Origin: Candidatus Multivoradales bacterium
GTDB lineage: Bacteria > Acidobacteriota > Thermoanaerobaculia > Multivoradales > J023
DNA length: 64,000 nt
Reading direction: 5' to 3'
Assembly: GCA_965248925.1 (NCBI GenBank)
Contig: CBDFLE010000005.1
Span: forward strand, 1,344,001 to 1,408,000
In this document: positions 48,143 to 59,222 of the stretch, piece by piece
How the letters are laid out: each line of letters opens with the position of its first letter
How positions within the stretch are numbered: position 1 is the stretch's first letter
Made by a program: the position numbers and the translations under genes
The notes under the pieces: model-generated
Told to the model about the DNA's origin: nothing
The model's database searches: none
Seen by the model: only the letters and a program-made list of their open reading frames with translations

Positions 48143-48880
48143 GTGTTACAGCTACAGCAGGTTTCAAAGTCATTTGCCCAGGTGGCGGCCGTGGCCGCAG
48201 TCGACTTGCAGATCGGCGGCGGCGAAGCCGTGGCGTTGATCGGTCCGAGCGGCTGCGGCAAGTCGACGCTGCTGCGGCTGATGGTCGGCTTGCTACAACC
48301 CGATAGCGGCGAGGTCCGGCTCGACGGCCAGCGGCTGGCCGGACCGGCCCTCTCCACCCTGCGCCAGCAACTCGGTTACGTCATTCAGTCAGGGGGCCTC
48401 TTCCCCCACCTCAGCGCCACCGCCAACGTCACCTTGATGGCCCGCCATCTGCGCTGGGAGAAGTCGCGGATCGACTCGCGCCTCAGCGAGCTGGCCGACC
48501 TAGTGCGGCTGCCAGCTACCGCCTTGGCCAGGTTCCCACACCAGCTTTCCGGCGGCCAGAGCCAACGGGTCAGCTTGATGCGGGCGCTGATGCTCGACCC
48601 GCGAGTGCTACTGCTCGACGAGCCCCTCGGCGCGCTCGACCCGATGATTCGCCGCGATCTGCAAGTCGATCTACGGAGTATCTTCCGCCGCTTGGAAAAG
48701 ACCGTGGTACTGGTGACCCACGACTTGGCAGAGGCCAGCTACTTTACTTCCCGCTTGGTGCTGATGGACGGCGGCAGAATCGTCCAGCAAGGTTCCTTCG
48801 AGGAACTTAGCCAGAATCCTGCCACCCCTTTCGTCAGTCGTTTCGTCGCCGCTCAACGGCCACCCGGCAGCCAGTTATGA
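48143..48880 (+). CDS. OpuA/EgtV-like ABC ATPase
   Basis: GPSGCGKST, GYVIQSGGLFPH, LSGGQ, LLDEPLGALDP. Confidence 0.9.
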   Translation: MLQLQQVSKSFAQVAAVAAVDLQIGGGEAVALIGPSGCGKSTLLRLMVGLLQPDSGEVRLDGQRLAGPALSTLRQQLGYVIQSGGLFPHLSATANVTLMARHLRWEKSRIDSRLSELADLVRLPATALARFPHQLSGGQSQRVSLMRALMLDPRVLLLDEPLGALDPMIRRDLQVDLRSIFRRLEKTVVLVTHDLAEASYFTSRLVLMDGGRIVQQGSFEELSQNPATPFVSRFVAAQRPPGSQL

Positions 48881-50394
48881 GGAGGCAGAGGCAGCCAGCA
48901 GTGCGGACCTTCGCTTACGGCGTGTGGACAATGGTCTGCTGTCTCTTGGCCAGTGGCTGCAATCGGGACGCCGCCGTCGAGCGTCCGCTGCGGGTCGGAT
49001 CGAAGAAGTTCACCGAATCGGTGATTCTCGGCGAGCTGCTCGAGCTGTCGCTCGAAGAAGCTGGCTTCTCCACCACTCACCGGCGCCAGCTCGGCGGCAC
49101 CCGAGTGCTGTGGAACGCCCTTCTGCGCGGCGATATCGACGCTTATGTCGACTACACCGGGACTCTGCGCGAAGAGATCTTCGCCGACCGCGAACTCGGC
49201 CAGGATGGCTTGGACGAGGCGCTGGCCGAAGTCGGCTTGCGGTGCAGTGCAACGTTGGGCTTCAACAATACCTACGCCCTCGGCATGCTCGAACCATTGG
49301 CCGAGCGGCTCGGCTTGCGGCGCATCTCACAGCTGGTCGATCATCCAGATCTGGTGCTGGGATTCACCAATGAGTTTCTCGACCGCCCCGACGGTTGGCC
49401 CGGATTGCGCGAAGCCTATGGACTCGAACAGCGGCCCCGTGGCCTCGACCACGACTTGGCCTATCAAGGCCTGGCGGCGGGCAGCCTGCAAGTGATCGAC
49501 CTCTACTCCACCGATGCCGAGATCGCCTACTACGGCCTGCGGGTGCTGCAAGACGATAGACAGCACTTTCCAACGTACCAACCGCTGGTGCTCTACCGCG
49601 CCGATCTGCCGCTGGCGGCAGCGAACGCTCTAAGCCGCCTCGAAGGACGGATCGACGGCGCCACTATGGTGCGGCTCAACGCCGCGGTAAAAATCGAACG
49701 CCAAGCCGAAGCGGCAGTCGCCGCCGACTTCCTACTCCACGCCTTTGACTTGCGAGTCACCGCCGTAGTGGACAGCCTGTGGACCCGGCTTAGGCATCGC
49801 ACCGCTGAGCATTTGTGGCTGGTGCTGCTGTCGCTGGGAGCCGCGATCTTGGTGGCGATTCCACTCGGCATCGCCGCCGCCCGCCGACCGCGGCTCGGCC
49901 AGCTACTGTTGGCCGCGGTCGGTGTCTTGCAGACCATCCCCTCGCTGGCCTTGCTGGTGTTGATGATTCCTCTACTCGGCATCGGCGCGCCGCCGGCCCT
50001 GGCCGCCCTCTTCCTCTACAGCTTGCTGCCAATCGTCCGCAACACCTATATTGGACTGCGCTCGATCCCTGGCGAGCTGATGCAATCCGCTGCGGCCCTC
50101 GGCTTGCCAGCCGCGGCTTGCTTGCGGCGGGTCGAGCTACCCCTGGCGGCGCCGGCGATCCTGGCTGGCGTCAAGACCTCGGCGGTGATCAACATCGGCA
50201 CCGCCACTCTCGGCGCATTGATCGGTGCCGGCGGCTATGGCCAGCCGATTTTGACTGGTATCCGCCTCGACGACCTCGGGTTGATTCTCGAAGGTGCGCT
50301 ACCCGCCGCCGGTCTGGCCCTCCTCGCCCAAGGGTTGTTCGAACTCGCCGAGCGGCGGCTGGTGTCGGCGGGACTTCGGCAAGCTATTCGCTAG
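48877..50394 (+). CDS. Fused substrate-binding/permease of a quaternary-amine ABC importer (EgtU/OpuBC-like)
   Basis: VGSKKFTESVILGE, YVDYTGT, GFNNTYAL, YSTDAEI; permease QTIPSLALL, GAGGYG. Confidence 0.88.
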   Translation: MRRQRQPAVRTFAYGVWTMVCCLLASGCNRDAAVERPLRVGSKKFTESVILGELLELSLEEAGFSTTHRRQLGGTRVLWNALLRGDIDAYVDYTGTLREEIFADRELGQDGLDEALAEVGLRCSATLGFNNTYALGMLEPLAERLGLRRISQLVDHPDLVLGFTNEFLDRPDGWPGLREAYGLEQRPRGLDHDLAYQGLAAGSLQVIDLYSTDAEIAYYGLRVLQDDRQHFPTYQPLVLYRADLPLAAANALSRLEGRIDGATMVRLNAAVKIERQAEAAVAADFLLHAFDLRVTAVVDSLWTRLRHRTAEHLWLVLLSLGAAILVAIPLGIAAARRPRLGQLLLAAVGVLQTIPSLALLVLMIPLLGIGAPPALAALFLYSLLPIVRNTYIGLRSIPGELMQSAAALGLPAAACLRRVELPLAAPAILAGVKTSAVINIGTATLGALIGAGGYGQPILTGIRLDDLGLILEGALPAAGLALLAQGLFELAERRLVSAGLRQAIR

Positions 50395-50732
50395 CCGCGA
50401 GAATACCGTCCGCCAGCCATTGGATCTCGCCTCCATCGTGCAGACAAAGACTGAGAAGGCCGGAATCGGCAGGCTCTCATGGCCTTGGAGACTGCTTTCT
50501 CGGTACCGATCAGCAGCAGCACTGATGAAACCCATCAGGGTCACCGATAGGGTTGCGAATCGGCACACCACCAGCGATCCAAAAAGCACTTTGCCCGGCG
50601 TCGATCGGGGTCGGCTGGACATCGATATCGCGGATGATAGCCTCAGTCAGGAAGACACTCATCGCTCGCCTATCCCGGCCTTAACTGGGTCAGCTTGAGC
50701 ACAATTGCCAATTACTGTTGGAGAGGACCCCG

Positions 50733-52109
50733 ATGGCCGAGGCCACCCCAATCCCCGTACCCGTCTCTTTGCCCAGCGCCACCAGCAGCCCACCGAGCGG
50801 CACCGCGAGCGCGGTGAGTGATGCTGCCGGCTCGGCAAACGCAAATACCGCAAGCGAGCGTTTCCACCAGGTTCGAGCTTGGACCGAGACCCTCTGCGAG
50901 CCTCTCAATACCGAAGATTATGTTGTCCAATCGATGCCCGACACCAGCCCGACCAAATGGCATCTAGCCCATACCAGCTGGTTCTTCGAGACTTTCCTGC
51001 TGGCAGCCAACGTCAGTGGTTACCATGCCGACCCGACCTACGCCTTCTTGTTCAACTCCTACTACAACAGCCTTGGCAAGCAGCATGCCCGGCCGCAACG
51101 CGGTCTGCTATCGCGGCCGACAGTGGCCCAGGTAAATGCTTATCGCGAGCAGGTAGACGCCGACATGATCGAGCTGCTCAGCGGCGACGAGCTACCGCCA
51201 TCGCTACTCAACCTGCTGGAGATCGGTCTCAATCACGAACAACAGCATCAGGAGCTGATGCTCACCGACCTCAAACACATGTTCTCTTGCAACCCCTTGC
51301 GTCCGACCTATCGCCCGGCCCCTCTGACCGCCGCGGCCACCGCGGTCGAGATGGTCTGGCACCCCTTTGCCGAAGGTTTGCAGCAAATAGGCCATCGCGG
51401 CAGCGGCTTTGCATTCGACAACGAGGGGCCCCGGCACCAGACTTTCGCCGCGGCATTCAAGATCGCCTCTCGGCCGGTGACCTGCGAAGAGTTCTCAGCC
51501 TTCATCGCCGACGGCGGTTATCAGCGCCCCGAGCTGTGGTTGTCGGACGGTTGGAGCACAGTGCAGGAGCAAGGCTGGCGAGCGCCGCTCTACTGGTTCG
51601 AGGAAGATGAGACTTGGCAGCAGCAGACCTTGAGTGGTTGTCGCGGCGTCAACAGTAGAGAGCCGGTCTGCCACGTCAGCCTCTTTGAAGCCGACGCCTA
51701 TGCTCGCTGGGCTGGCGCCCGCTTGCCGACCGAGACCGAGTGGGAAGTCGCCGCCGACCACTGGATCGGGCCCAACGGCCGCGGGGAGGATTCGCCGGAG
51801 GCCAATCTGGCCGAAGGCGGCTTTTACCACCCGCGACCGTTGGCCCCGCGGGCCAGGCACCGCCAGATGCTCGGCGATGTCTGGGAGTGGACCCGCAGCG
51901 CCTACTCCCCTTATCCGGGCTTTCAACCACCGTCTGGAGCCTTGGGCGAGTACAACGCCAAGTTCATGAACAACCAGAACGTCTTGCGCGGCGGCTCTTG
52001 CGCCACTCCGCGGTCACACATCCGCAGCACGTACCGCAACTTCTTCCCCGCCGCCACCCGCTGGCAGTTCACCGGCTTCCGTCTGGCCCGCGATGGTGGT
52101 GCGGCATGA
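50733..52109 (+). CDS. egtB: Ergothioneine sulfoxide synthase
   Basis: QSMPDTSPTKWHLAHTSWFFE, HEQQHQEL, FDNE, GDVWEW, GEYNAKFM, YRNFF. Confidence 0.93.
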   Translation: MAEATPIPVPVSLPSATSSPPSGTASAVSDAAGSANANTASERFHQVRAWTETLCEPLNTEDYVVQSMPDTSPTKWHLAHTSWFFETFLLAANVSGYHADPTYAFLFNSYYNSLGKQHARPQRGLLSRPTVAQVNAYREQVDADMIELLSGDELPPSLLNLLEIGLNHEQQHQELMLTDLKHMFSCNPLRPTYRPAPLTAAATAVEMVWHPFAEGLQQIGHRGSGFAFDNEGPRHQTFAAAFKIASRPVTCEEFSAFIADGGYQRPELWLSDGWSTVQEQGWRAPLYWFEEDETWQQQTLSGCRGVNSREPVCHVSLFEADAYARWAGARLPTETEWEVAADHWIGPNGRGEDSPEANLAEGGFYHPRPLAPRARHRQMLGDVWEWTRSAYSPYPGFQPPSGALGEYNAKFMNNQNVLRGGSCATPRSHIRSTYRNFFPAATRWQFTGFRLARDGGAA

Positions 52110-53068
52110 GCGCTACCAGCGAACTGCTCGACTTCGCACCGCGAATCACAACCCTGATGGAAGACGTGCTCACCGGCCTCAGCCAAAGGCCCAAGACGCT
52201 GCCGTGCAAATACCTCTACGACGAAACCGGCTCCCACCTGTTCGAGGCCATTTGCACCCTCGGCTCTTACTACCCGACCCGCACCGAGCTGGCGATCATG
52301 GACCGCCACATCGGCGAGATGGCCAGCCGGTTGGGCGTCGCATGTCAGCTGATCGAGTACGGTAGCGGCAGTGGCATGAAGACCGAAATCCTGCTCAGCA
52401 ACCTGGACCAGCCGGCGGCGTATGTGCCGATCGAAATTTCCCGCGAGCACCTGGAGCGCTCCGCCCGTCATCTGGCCAGGCGCTTCCCGCTGCTCAAAGT
52501 GCTGCCGGTTTGCGCCGACTACACCGCCGACTACCAGATCCCCTCGCCGCCGGGCAAGGTAGCTCGGCGAGCGGTCTATTTCCCAGGTTCAACCATCGGC
52601 AATTTCGATCGCCCCGACGCGCTTTCGTTTCTGCGCAAGATCGCCCGCGTATGTGGCGCGGGGGGAGCGCTGCTGATCGGTGTCGACCTGCACAAAGACG
52701 CGGCGATCCTGGAGCGGGCCTACAACGATCCGGCAAGAGTCACCGCCGCTTTCAACCTCAACCTGCTCGACCGCCTGAATCGCGAGCTGGATACCGGCTT
52801 CGACCTCGAACGGTTCCGCCACCAGGCGATCTGGGATGCCACTGCTGGACGCATCGAGATGCACTTGGTAAGCCTCGGCGCGCAGACCGTGCGCATCGGC
52901 GAGGAGCGGATCCATTTCGCCGACGGCGAGACCATTTGCACCGAGCATTCCAACAAATACACCCTGGAGGGTTTCCGCCGCCTGGCCGAGGAAGCAGGTT
53001 TCCAGGTACAGCAGGTGTGGACCGACGACCGAAAGTGGTTCAGCGTGCAGTATCTGGTGGTTGCGTGA
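52106..53068 (+). CDS. egtD: L-histidine N-alpha-methyltransferase
   Basis: ATGA overlap with egtB; LPCKYLYD, YYPTRTE, EYGSGSG, FPGSTIGNF, VTAAFNLN, RIEMHL, TEHSNKY. Confidence 0.93.
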   Translation: MSATSELLDFAPRITTLMEDVLTGLSQRPKTLPCKYLYDETGSHLFEAICTLGSYYPTRTELAIMDRHIGEMASRLGVACQLIEYGSGSGMKTEILLSNLDQPAAYVPIEISREHLERSARHLARRFPLLKVLPVCADYTADYQIPSPPGKVARRAVYFPGSTIGNFDRPDALSFLRKIARVCGAGGALLIGVDLHKDAAILERAYNDPARVTAAFNLNLLDRLNRELDTGFDLERFRHQAIWDATAGRIEMHLVSLGAQTVRIGEERIHFADGETICTEHSNKYTLEGFRRLAEEAGFQVQQVWTDDRKWFSVQYLVVA

Positions 53069-53302
53069 GGGCGAGCCCCGCCAACGCCGGAGGCAGTTCA
53101 CCCTCGTTCGCCATCTTCGAGCAATTCGGCGAAGCGCGCACGCCGATAGAGAATCGCTTGCCTCCGCTAGCCGGTTGGCATACGCTCGGCGGCGCAGCCT
53201 TCGGTAAATCCTTACATGGCTTGGGTTCTCATCCGACATCCAAGATCATCCAATGACTCCCCCCGACTGCTGGAGATTCCTTTGCGCGAGGACTCGCAGA
53301 CT

Positions 53303-53764
53303 GTGAGCAACCCAAACCAACAACTACTCGACGAAATCGCCTACGGCCAGCACTGGTTCCACGCCAAGAAAACCCGACCGATTTGGGCCAAACCACTGCG
53401 AGAGAATTTACAGGTAGAGACTCTCGAGGGCACCACCAACGCCTTCAAGGGAGACTACCTTTGCCGTGGCGAGATCGGTGAGGTGTGGCCACAGAAGATC
53501 ACCCAGCTGGTCAGCAAGTACAGGCCCGAAGATGAGATCGACGCCAATGGCTGGCAGCTCTTCACCCCTCTGCCCGACAATACTGGCGTGATGGCGGTCA
53601 GGATCGATCGAGACTTCAGTGTCGAATCCACCTGGGGCAAGCTGCGAGGACAAGCCGGGGATTTCTTGGTCAAGAGCTGGAAAGACCGCCATGTGCGCTA
53701 CCCAGAAGACGTCTGGATCGTCAACCAAGCGCTGTTCCTGGCAACCTACGAGCCAGATCCATAA
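53303..53764 (+). CDS. Tandem PGDYG-domain protein
   Basis: Two copies of V(E)TxxG...GD(Y/F)L...W......(F)xxxY: ETLEGTTNAFKGDYLCRGEIGEVWP and ESTWGKLRGQAGDFLV...DVWIVNQALFLATY. Confidence 0.65.
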   Translation: MSNPNQQLLDEIAYGQHWFHAKKTRPIWAKPLRENLQVETLEGTTNAFKGDYLCRGEIGEVWPQKITQLVSKYRPEDEIDANGWQLFTPLPDNTGVMAVRIDRDFSVESTWGKLRGQAGDFLVKSWKDRHVRYPEDVWIVNQALFLATYEPDP

Positions 53765-54012
53765 GGTGCAGATCCATAAGGTGCCTGGCACCAGATCCAT
53801 AAGGTGCAGATCCATAAGGTGCCTGGCACAGATCCATAAGGTGCCTGGCACCACTTCAGATCCATAAGGTGCCTGGCACAGATCCATAAGGCACAGATCC
53901 ATAAGGTGCCTGGCACCACTTCAGATCCAGATCCATAAGGTGCCTGGCACCACTTCAAGGTGCCTGGCACCACTTCAGCCAGCACCACTTCAGCCAGCAC
54001 CACTTCAGCCAG
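53754..54012. repeat. Mosaic tandem array around the palindrome GGTGCC-T-GGCACC
   Basis: About 10 CAGATCC(ATAAG) modules, 7 GGTGCCTGGCAC cores and several CACTTCAG(CCAG) modules in irregular combinations. Confidence 0.9.
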
Positions 54013-54033
54013 CCAGCAGCGAACTCAGCCGCT

Positions 54034-55119
54034 TCAGTCGTTCAGCGGCGCTGGCCGCAGCTGGCGCCAGGCATCGAGCAGCCGATCGGCAGCCAGCACG
54101 GCGGTGGTCTCGCCCAATTCGACCTGGCGCTCCAACTCGGGCAGTAGCCGCGCCAGCGCGGGTGCTTCGCGCAGCTCGCGTTGGATGGCCTCTTCGACCA
54201 GCGCCCACATCCAGCGGCGGCGCTGGCGGCGCCGTTTGGCCTCGATCTCACCATGCTCAGCAAGCACTCGCCGGTGCTCTTCTACTCGGCGCCAGAGTTC
54301 ATCAATGCCAGTGCCCCGGAGACCGCTGACGGTGGTGACCGGCGGTCGCCAGTGGGCTGATTGCTGGCGGACCAGCTTGAGGGCCGCCAAGTATTGAGCC
54401 TGAGCACGTTGGGCTGGTGCCTCGCCACCACCATCGGCTTTGTTGATGGCGATCATGTCGATCAGCTCAATAATGCCGCGCTTGATCCCCTGCAATTCGT
54501 CGCCAGCACCGGGCAACAAGAGCAGCAGCAAGAAGTCGACCATCTCCGCCACCACGGTCTCCGACTGGCCGACCCCGACGGTCTCGATCAACACCACGTC
54601 AAAATCGGCGGCTTCACAGAGCAACAGAGCCTCGCGGGTCTTTCCCGCCACCCCGCCCAACGTACCACCGCTTGGCGACGGTCTGACGAATGCCCGTGGA
54701 TGCCGAGCGAGTTCCGTCATCCGGGTCTTGTCGCCAAGGATCGAGCCGCCACTGAGAGAACTCGACGGATCGATCGCCAAGACTGCCACTCGTTTCCCTT
54801 GCTCGATCAGCTGCAATCCCAAGCTCTCGATGAACGTGCTCTTGCCAACTCCCGGCACACCGGTAATCCCCACTCGTTGGGCACCGCCGGTGTGTGGCAA
54901 CAGCGCGGTGAGCAACGCCTGCGCCTGCCGCCGGTGATCAGCACGACGGCTCTCGATGAGAGTGATCGCCCGCCCCAACATGGCGCGCTCGCCCGCCCGC
55001 ACCCCGGCGACATAAGTAGCGAGCGAGAATCTAGAGGGACGATTTGGACGGGCAGGATTGGCGTCGGACATCAGCAGCAGTCTATGCCACGGCCGAGTAT
55101 TCCGCCGATCAGAGGCCAA
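54034..55119 (-). CDS. meaB: Methylmalonyl-CoA mutase-associated GTPase
   Basis: GITGVPGVGKST, IDPSS, GGSILGDKTRM, ETVGVGQSE, NKAD. Confidence 0.93.
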   Translation of the reverse strand: MASDRRNTRPWHRLLLMSDANPARPNRPSRFSLATYVAGVRAGERAMLGRAITLIESRRADHRRQAQALLTALLPHTGGAQRVGITGVPGVGKSTFIESLGLQLIEQGKRVAVLAIDPSSSLSGGSILGDKTRMTELARHPRAFVRPSPSGGTLGGVAGKTREALLLCEAADFDVVLIETVGVGQSETVVAEMVDFLLLLLLPGAGDELQGIKRGIIELIDMIAINKADGGGEAPAQRAQAQYLAALKLVRQQSAHWRPPVTTVSGLRGTGIDELWRRVEEHRRVLAEHGEIEAKRRRQRRRWMWALVEEAIQRELREAPALARLLPELERQVELGETTAVLAADRLLDAWRQLRPAPLND

Positions 55120-57264
55120 TCAGTGGCCGAGCTGCCGACTGAGTTCGGCCAGTAGCTCGGTGGCGGCCTCGGTTATCACCGTGCCAGGGCCGAAAATCGC
55201 CGCCGCGCCAGCGCCGAGAAGGGCCTCGTGGTCCTGCGGCGGCACCACGCCGCCGACGACGATCAAGATGTCCTCGCGGCCCTCCTCAGCAAGCGCCGTG
55301 CGCAGCTCGGGGACCAAGGTCAAATGGCCGGCAGCCAGCGAACTGACCCCCACCACATGGACATCGTTCTCGACCGCCTGGCGAGCGGTCTCAGCGGGAG
55401 TCTGGAATAGCGGCCCGACATCGACATCGTAACCAAGATCGACAAAAGCGGTGGCAATCACCTTCTGCCCACGGTCGTGGCCATCCTGGCCCATCTTCGC
55501 CACCAGCAGGCGCGGCCGCCTGCCTTCGGCCCGAGCAAATACCTCGACTTGCTCGCGAACCTGCTGAATCGCCTCGCTAGACTCTCCCACCTCGCGACTA
55601 TACACGCCCGACAAAGTGTCGATCTTGGCTTGATGACGGCCCCAGACCGCGACCAGCGAAGCGCTGATTTCGCCCACTGTCGCCCGCGCTCGGGCAGCGT
55701 CGATCGACAGCGCCAGCAAGTTGCCGTCGCCCGCTTCAGCGGCCGCCCGCAGCGCCGTCAAGCGCTCCTCTACCGCCCTTGGATCACGCCCCCGCTTGAG
55801 CTCCGCCAGCCGTGCCAGCTGCGCTTCACGCACCGCCGTGTTGTCGACTTTGAGCACCTCGATCGGCGTCTCCCGGGTGGGCTTGAGCTTGTTGACTCCA
55901 ACGATGGTCTGGCGACCCGAGTCGATCAACGCCTGGGTGCGAGCCGCTGCTTCCTCGATGCGAAGTTTGGGCAGGCCGGTTTCAAGCGCCTTGGCCATGC
56001 CGCCGAGCTTCTCGATCTCCTCGATGTGGGCGCGCGCCCGCGCCGCCAGACTGTGGGTCAGGCTCTCGACGTAGTGACTGCCGCCCCAGGGATCGATCAC
56101 CCGGCAGGCACCGGTCTCATGCTGCAAAAAGAGCTGAGTATTGCGTGCGATCCGCGCCGAACTCACCGATGGTAGCGCCAGCGCTTCGTCAAGCGAGTTG
56201 GTGTGCAGCGACTGGGTATGCCCATGCACCGCCGCCATCGCTTCGACACAGGTGCGGGCAACGTTGTTGTGTACGTCCTGGGCAGTGAGACTCCAGCCGG
56301 AGGTCTGGCAATGAGTGCGCAACGCCAAAGACTTGGGATTCCGCGGCGCGAAGGGCTGGATCAGCTGCGCCCACAGCAAGCGCGCCGCCCGCAGCTTGGC
56401 CACCTCCATGAAATAGTTCATGCCAATGGCGAAAAAGAACGACAGCCGCGGCGCAAAGCGATCGATCGCAAGTCCTGCCGCCAGCCCGCTGCGAACGTAC
56501 TCCAGACCGTCGGCCAAGGTGTAGCCCAGTTCCAGATCGGCGGTCGCACCGGCCTCTTGCATGTGGTAGCCGGAAATCGAAATCGAATTGAAACGCGGCA
56601 TCTCCCGCGAGGCGTAGCGGAAGATGTCGGCGATGATCCGCATCGAGGGTGCCGGCGGGTAAATGTAGGTGTTGCGCACCATGAACTCTTTCAGCACATC
56701 GTTTTGAATCGTGCCGGTGAGTTCGCCGGGCGTCACTCCCTGCTCTTCCGCCGCCACCACGTAAAGAGCCATAATCGGCAACACGGCGCCGTTCATGGTC
56801 ATCGAGACACTCATCCGATCGAGCGGGATGCCGTCAAAAAGCACCCGCATATCGGCAATCGAGTCGATCGCCACCCCGGCCATGCCGACATCGCCCACCA
56901 CCCGCGGGTGGTCCGAGTCGTAACCGCGGTGAGTGGCCAAGTCGAAAGCGATCGATAATCCACGTTGGCCGGCGGCCAAGTTCTTGCGGTAGAAGGCGTT
57001 CGAGGCCTCGGCGGTGGAAAAACCAGCGTACTGCCGCACGGTCCAAGGACGCTGTACATACATCGTCGGATAGGGCCCCCGCAGGTAAGGCGGCGAACCC
57101 GGCAGGCTGTCCAAGAAAGGCAGATCGGCCACCGCGGCGCCGGTGTAGCGCGGCCGCACATCGATCTGCTCCGGCGTTCTCCAGACTCCGCCCGCCGCCG
57201 CGGGAACCGCCGCGGCCTGCGCCTGATCGAAGGTCAAGCGGGAATAGTCAGGCAGCTGGCTCAT
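55120..57264 (-). CDS. scpA: Methylmalonyl-CoA mutase, catalytic B12-binding subunit
   Basis: [35 protein letters not shown] (DxHxxG), SSLAAGH. Confidence 0.95.
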   Translation of the reverse strand: MSQLPDYSRLTFDQAQAAAVPAAAGGVWRTPEQIDVRPRYTGAAVADLPFLDSLPGSPPYLRGPYPTMYVQRPWTVRQYAGFSTAEASNAFYRKNLAAGQRGLSIAFDLATHRGYDSDHPRVVGDVGMAGVAIDSIADMRVLFDGIPLDRMSVSMTMNGAVLPIMALYVVAAEEQGVTPGELTGTIQNDVLKEFMVRNTYIYPPAPSMRIIADIFRYASREMPRFNSISISGYHMQEAGATADLELGYTLADGLEYVRSGLAAGLAIDRFAPRLSFFFAIGMNYFMEVAKLRAARLLWAQLIQPFAPRNPKSLALRTHCQTSGWSLTAQDVHNNVARTCVEAMAAVHGHTQSLHTNSLDEALALPSVSSARIARNTQLFLQHETGACRVIDPWGGSHYVESLTHSLAARARAHIEEIEKLGGMAKALETGLPKLRIEEAAARTQALIDSGRQTIVGVNKLKPTRETPIEVLKVDNTAVREAQLARLAELKRGRDPRAVEERLTALRAAAEAGDGNLLALSIDAARARATVGEISASLVAVWGRHQAKIDTLSGVYSREVGESSEAIQQVREQVEVFARAEGRRPRLLVAKMGQDGHDRGQKVIATAFVDLGYDVDVGPLFQTPAETARQAVENDVHVVGVSSLAAGHLTLVPELRTALAEEGREDILIVVGGVVPPQDHEALLGAGAAAIFGPGTVITEAATELLAELSRQLGH

Positions 57265-59195
57265 GATTTCTCAGCGCTCGCGGTTGGCTTCTGTTTAGCG
57301 GTCAAGACGGCGTGCAGAGCGGCCATCGCCGCCAACGCATCACCACCCCGGTAAAGAAAACCGGCAATGCCGGCAGCGCGCCAGCTCGGCTCTTGGTCGC
57401 CGGGGGGACGGCCGGCGACCAACAATCGTTGGGCGCCAGCAGCCAGTAGCCGGCTGGCGACACCAGCGAGCCGCTCACCATAGGCGGCATCGCTACCGCA
57501 AACCACCGCCAGCCTCGCACGAGTAGCGCGGAAGGCTTCGACAATGGCGTCATCGTCCAGCGACGACGGCCCCGATTCCGCTTGTAAGCCACCCGCCGCT
57601 AGCAAATCGCGAGCAAAAGCGGTTCGCGGCCCATGCTCAATCAGGCTGCCCAGATTGGCCAGGAAAACCTGCGGGCGTTGACCATGAGCGGCCTGCCAGC
57701 CCTCACTAGACGCGTGCAGGGCCTCGAAAGGCTCCGACCATCGCACCGGCATCAGCGCCGCCAGCCACCGTTGCCCGCAGGTGCCACCCTCTTCGGTAGA
57801 CCGGGAGGAGCTCCCCTCTTCGGCAGCCTCGGGAACGGTCTGAAGACCTCGTTCATGCTGCTCGTCAAGGTCGACAAATTGGCTGACGCCGACGATTGGC
57901 GCCTCGCGGCGAGCTACCGCTCGCCGCCGCTCGCCGGCCAGCTCTTGGAGACGCTCGGCCACTCGACCACTATTCAGCCACAGTGCCATGCCGCCATAGC
58001 TTTCGATCCGGCGGAAGAGGTCCCAGGCTGAACGGGCCAAATCATCGGTCAGCGATTCCACATACCAACTGCCAGCCGCCGGGTCGGCGACTCGCCCGAG
58101 ATGGACTTCCTCCGCCAACACATGCTGCAAGGTAAGAGCCAAGCGGCGGCCCGAGCGCGAGGGCTGACCCAACACCGTGTCGTAGGGCATCACCGCCAGG
58201 CTGTCCACACCACCGACGGCAGCGGCGAGCGCCTGAGCGGTGGCACGCAACCAATTGCCGGCCACATGCCGGGTAGTTTGGCTAGCGGCCGAGGTTCGGC
58301 CGTGGAGGCACATTTCACCGCCCGACGCACCTCCGGCACCCAGCACCTTGGCCCACAGCAGGCGCGCGGCGCGCAACTTGGCGATTTCCAGAAAAGTGTC
58401 GGAGCCGATGGCGAAGGCAAAGCGCAGTTGGCTCGCTGCCTGGTCGACCCCAACCCCAGCATCGAGCAAGCGCCGCAAGTAGAGCACGCCGCTGGCGAGA
58501 GCATAAGCAAGCTCCTCGACCGCACTGGCCCCAGCCTCGTGATACACCACGCTAGAGACCAAGCCGGCACGCAACTCAGGCGCTTTGCTCAGCGACCATT
58601 GGGCCAGCTGGACCCAACCCGCGAGAGCTTCGTCGAACTCCGCCGCCCGCCCGCCACGGGCGGCTAGAGTGCCCAGCGGGTCAGCGCCAAGCCCACCCCG
58701 CAACACCGATTCGCCACTTTGCTGCCCGGCCCAGTGCCGTAAAGCGGTCGTCCAAACTTGGGTTTCAGAACCGGCGTCGAGCTGCAAGGAGACAAAGCGC
58801 GGATCCACTCCTGCGAGCAGGTTCTCGAGCGCGGCAGGGGTACTCAGAGCAATGCCGTGCTCGCCCTCTGGGTCGATCCGCAGCCAAAGCTGCTCTACTC
58901 CCAGCGCCAGCGCCTGTTGCAATGCCCGACGTGCCTCGGCCGGATCCGAGGAAGCGATCTCCGCCACCACCTGCCAACCGGGATCGCGGGCGGAGGTCTG
59001 CTTGGCGGCCGCCGAATCTTCCGCAGGGGCCGCTTCGCCGGCGGTGTATAACGGCTCGATATCGAGCCCGGCGGAAATTCTGTCGACCCATGCTCGGTCG
59101 AATGGGACTTCGCCCAACGAGCGCTCCACCTGTCGCCGCCAGTCGGCATAGGAGGTGCTCGGAAAATCATCGGCAAAAAGTTTGGATGAAGGCAT
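57261..59195 (-). CDS. mutA: Methylmalonyl-CoA mutase small (non-catalytic) subunit
   Basis: [31 protein letters not shown]; lacks DxHxxG; ATGA-coupled to the large subunit. Confidence 0.88.
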   Translation of the reverse strand: MPSSKLFADDFPSTSYADWRRQVERSLGEVPFDRAWVDRISAGLDIEPLYTAGEAAPAEDSAAAKQTSARDPGWQVVAEIASSDPAEARRALQQALALGVEQLWLRIDPEGEHGIALSTPAALENLLAGVDPRFVSLQLDAGSETQVWTTALRHWAGQQSGESVLRGGLGADPLGTLAARGGRAAEFDEALAGWVQLAQWSLSKAPELRAGLVSSVVYHEAGASAVEELAYALASGVLYLRRLLDAGVGVDQAASQLRFAFAIGSDTFLEIAKLRAARLLWAKVLGAGGASGGEMCLHGRTSAASQTTRHVAGNWLRATAQALAAAVGGVDSLAVMPYDTVLGQPSRSGRRLALTLQHVLAEEVHLGRVADPAAGSWYVESLTDDLARSAWDLFRRIESYGGMALWLNSGRVAERLQELAGERRRAVARREAPIVGVSQFVDLDEQHERGLQTVPEAAEEGSSSRSTEEGGTCGQRWLAALMPVRWSEPFEALHASSEGWQAAHGQRPQVFLANLGSLIEHGPRTAFARDLLAAGGLQAESGPSSLDDDAIVEAFRATRARLAVVCGSDAAYGERLAGVASRLLAAGAQRLLVAGRPPGDQEPSWRAAGIAGFLYRGGDALAAMAALHAVLTAKQKPTASAEKS

Positions 59196-59222
59196 GGTTT
59201 GGATGGAGGCGTGGTTTGGATA

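Noticed and set aside
50394-50730. Small ORFs between the ABC permease and egtB
   Set aside because: No convincing start, SD or motif in any frame; treated as intergenic.
50733-52109. Selenoneine (senA) or ovothiol (ovoA) synthase
   Set aside because: No senB/selD neighbours and no C-terminal methyltransferase domain; directly coupled to egtD.
53754-54012. CRISPR array
   Set aside because: No unique spacers, irregular unit lengths, the repeat includes the neighbouring gene's stop codon, and no cas genes are present.
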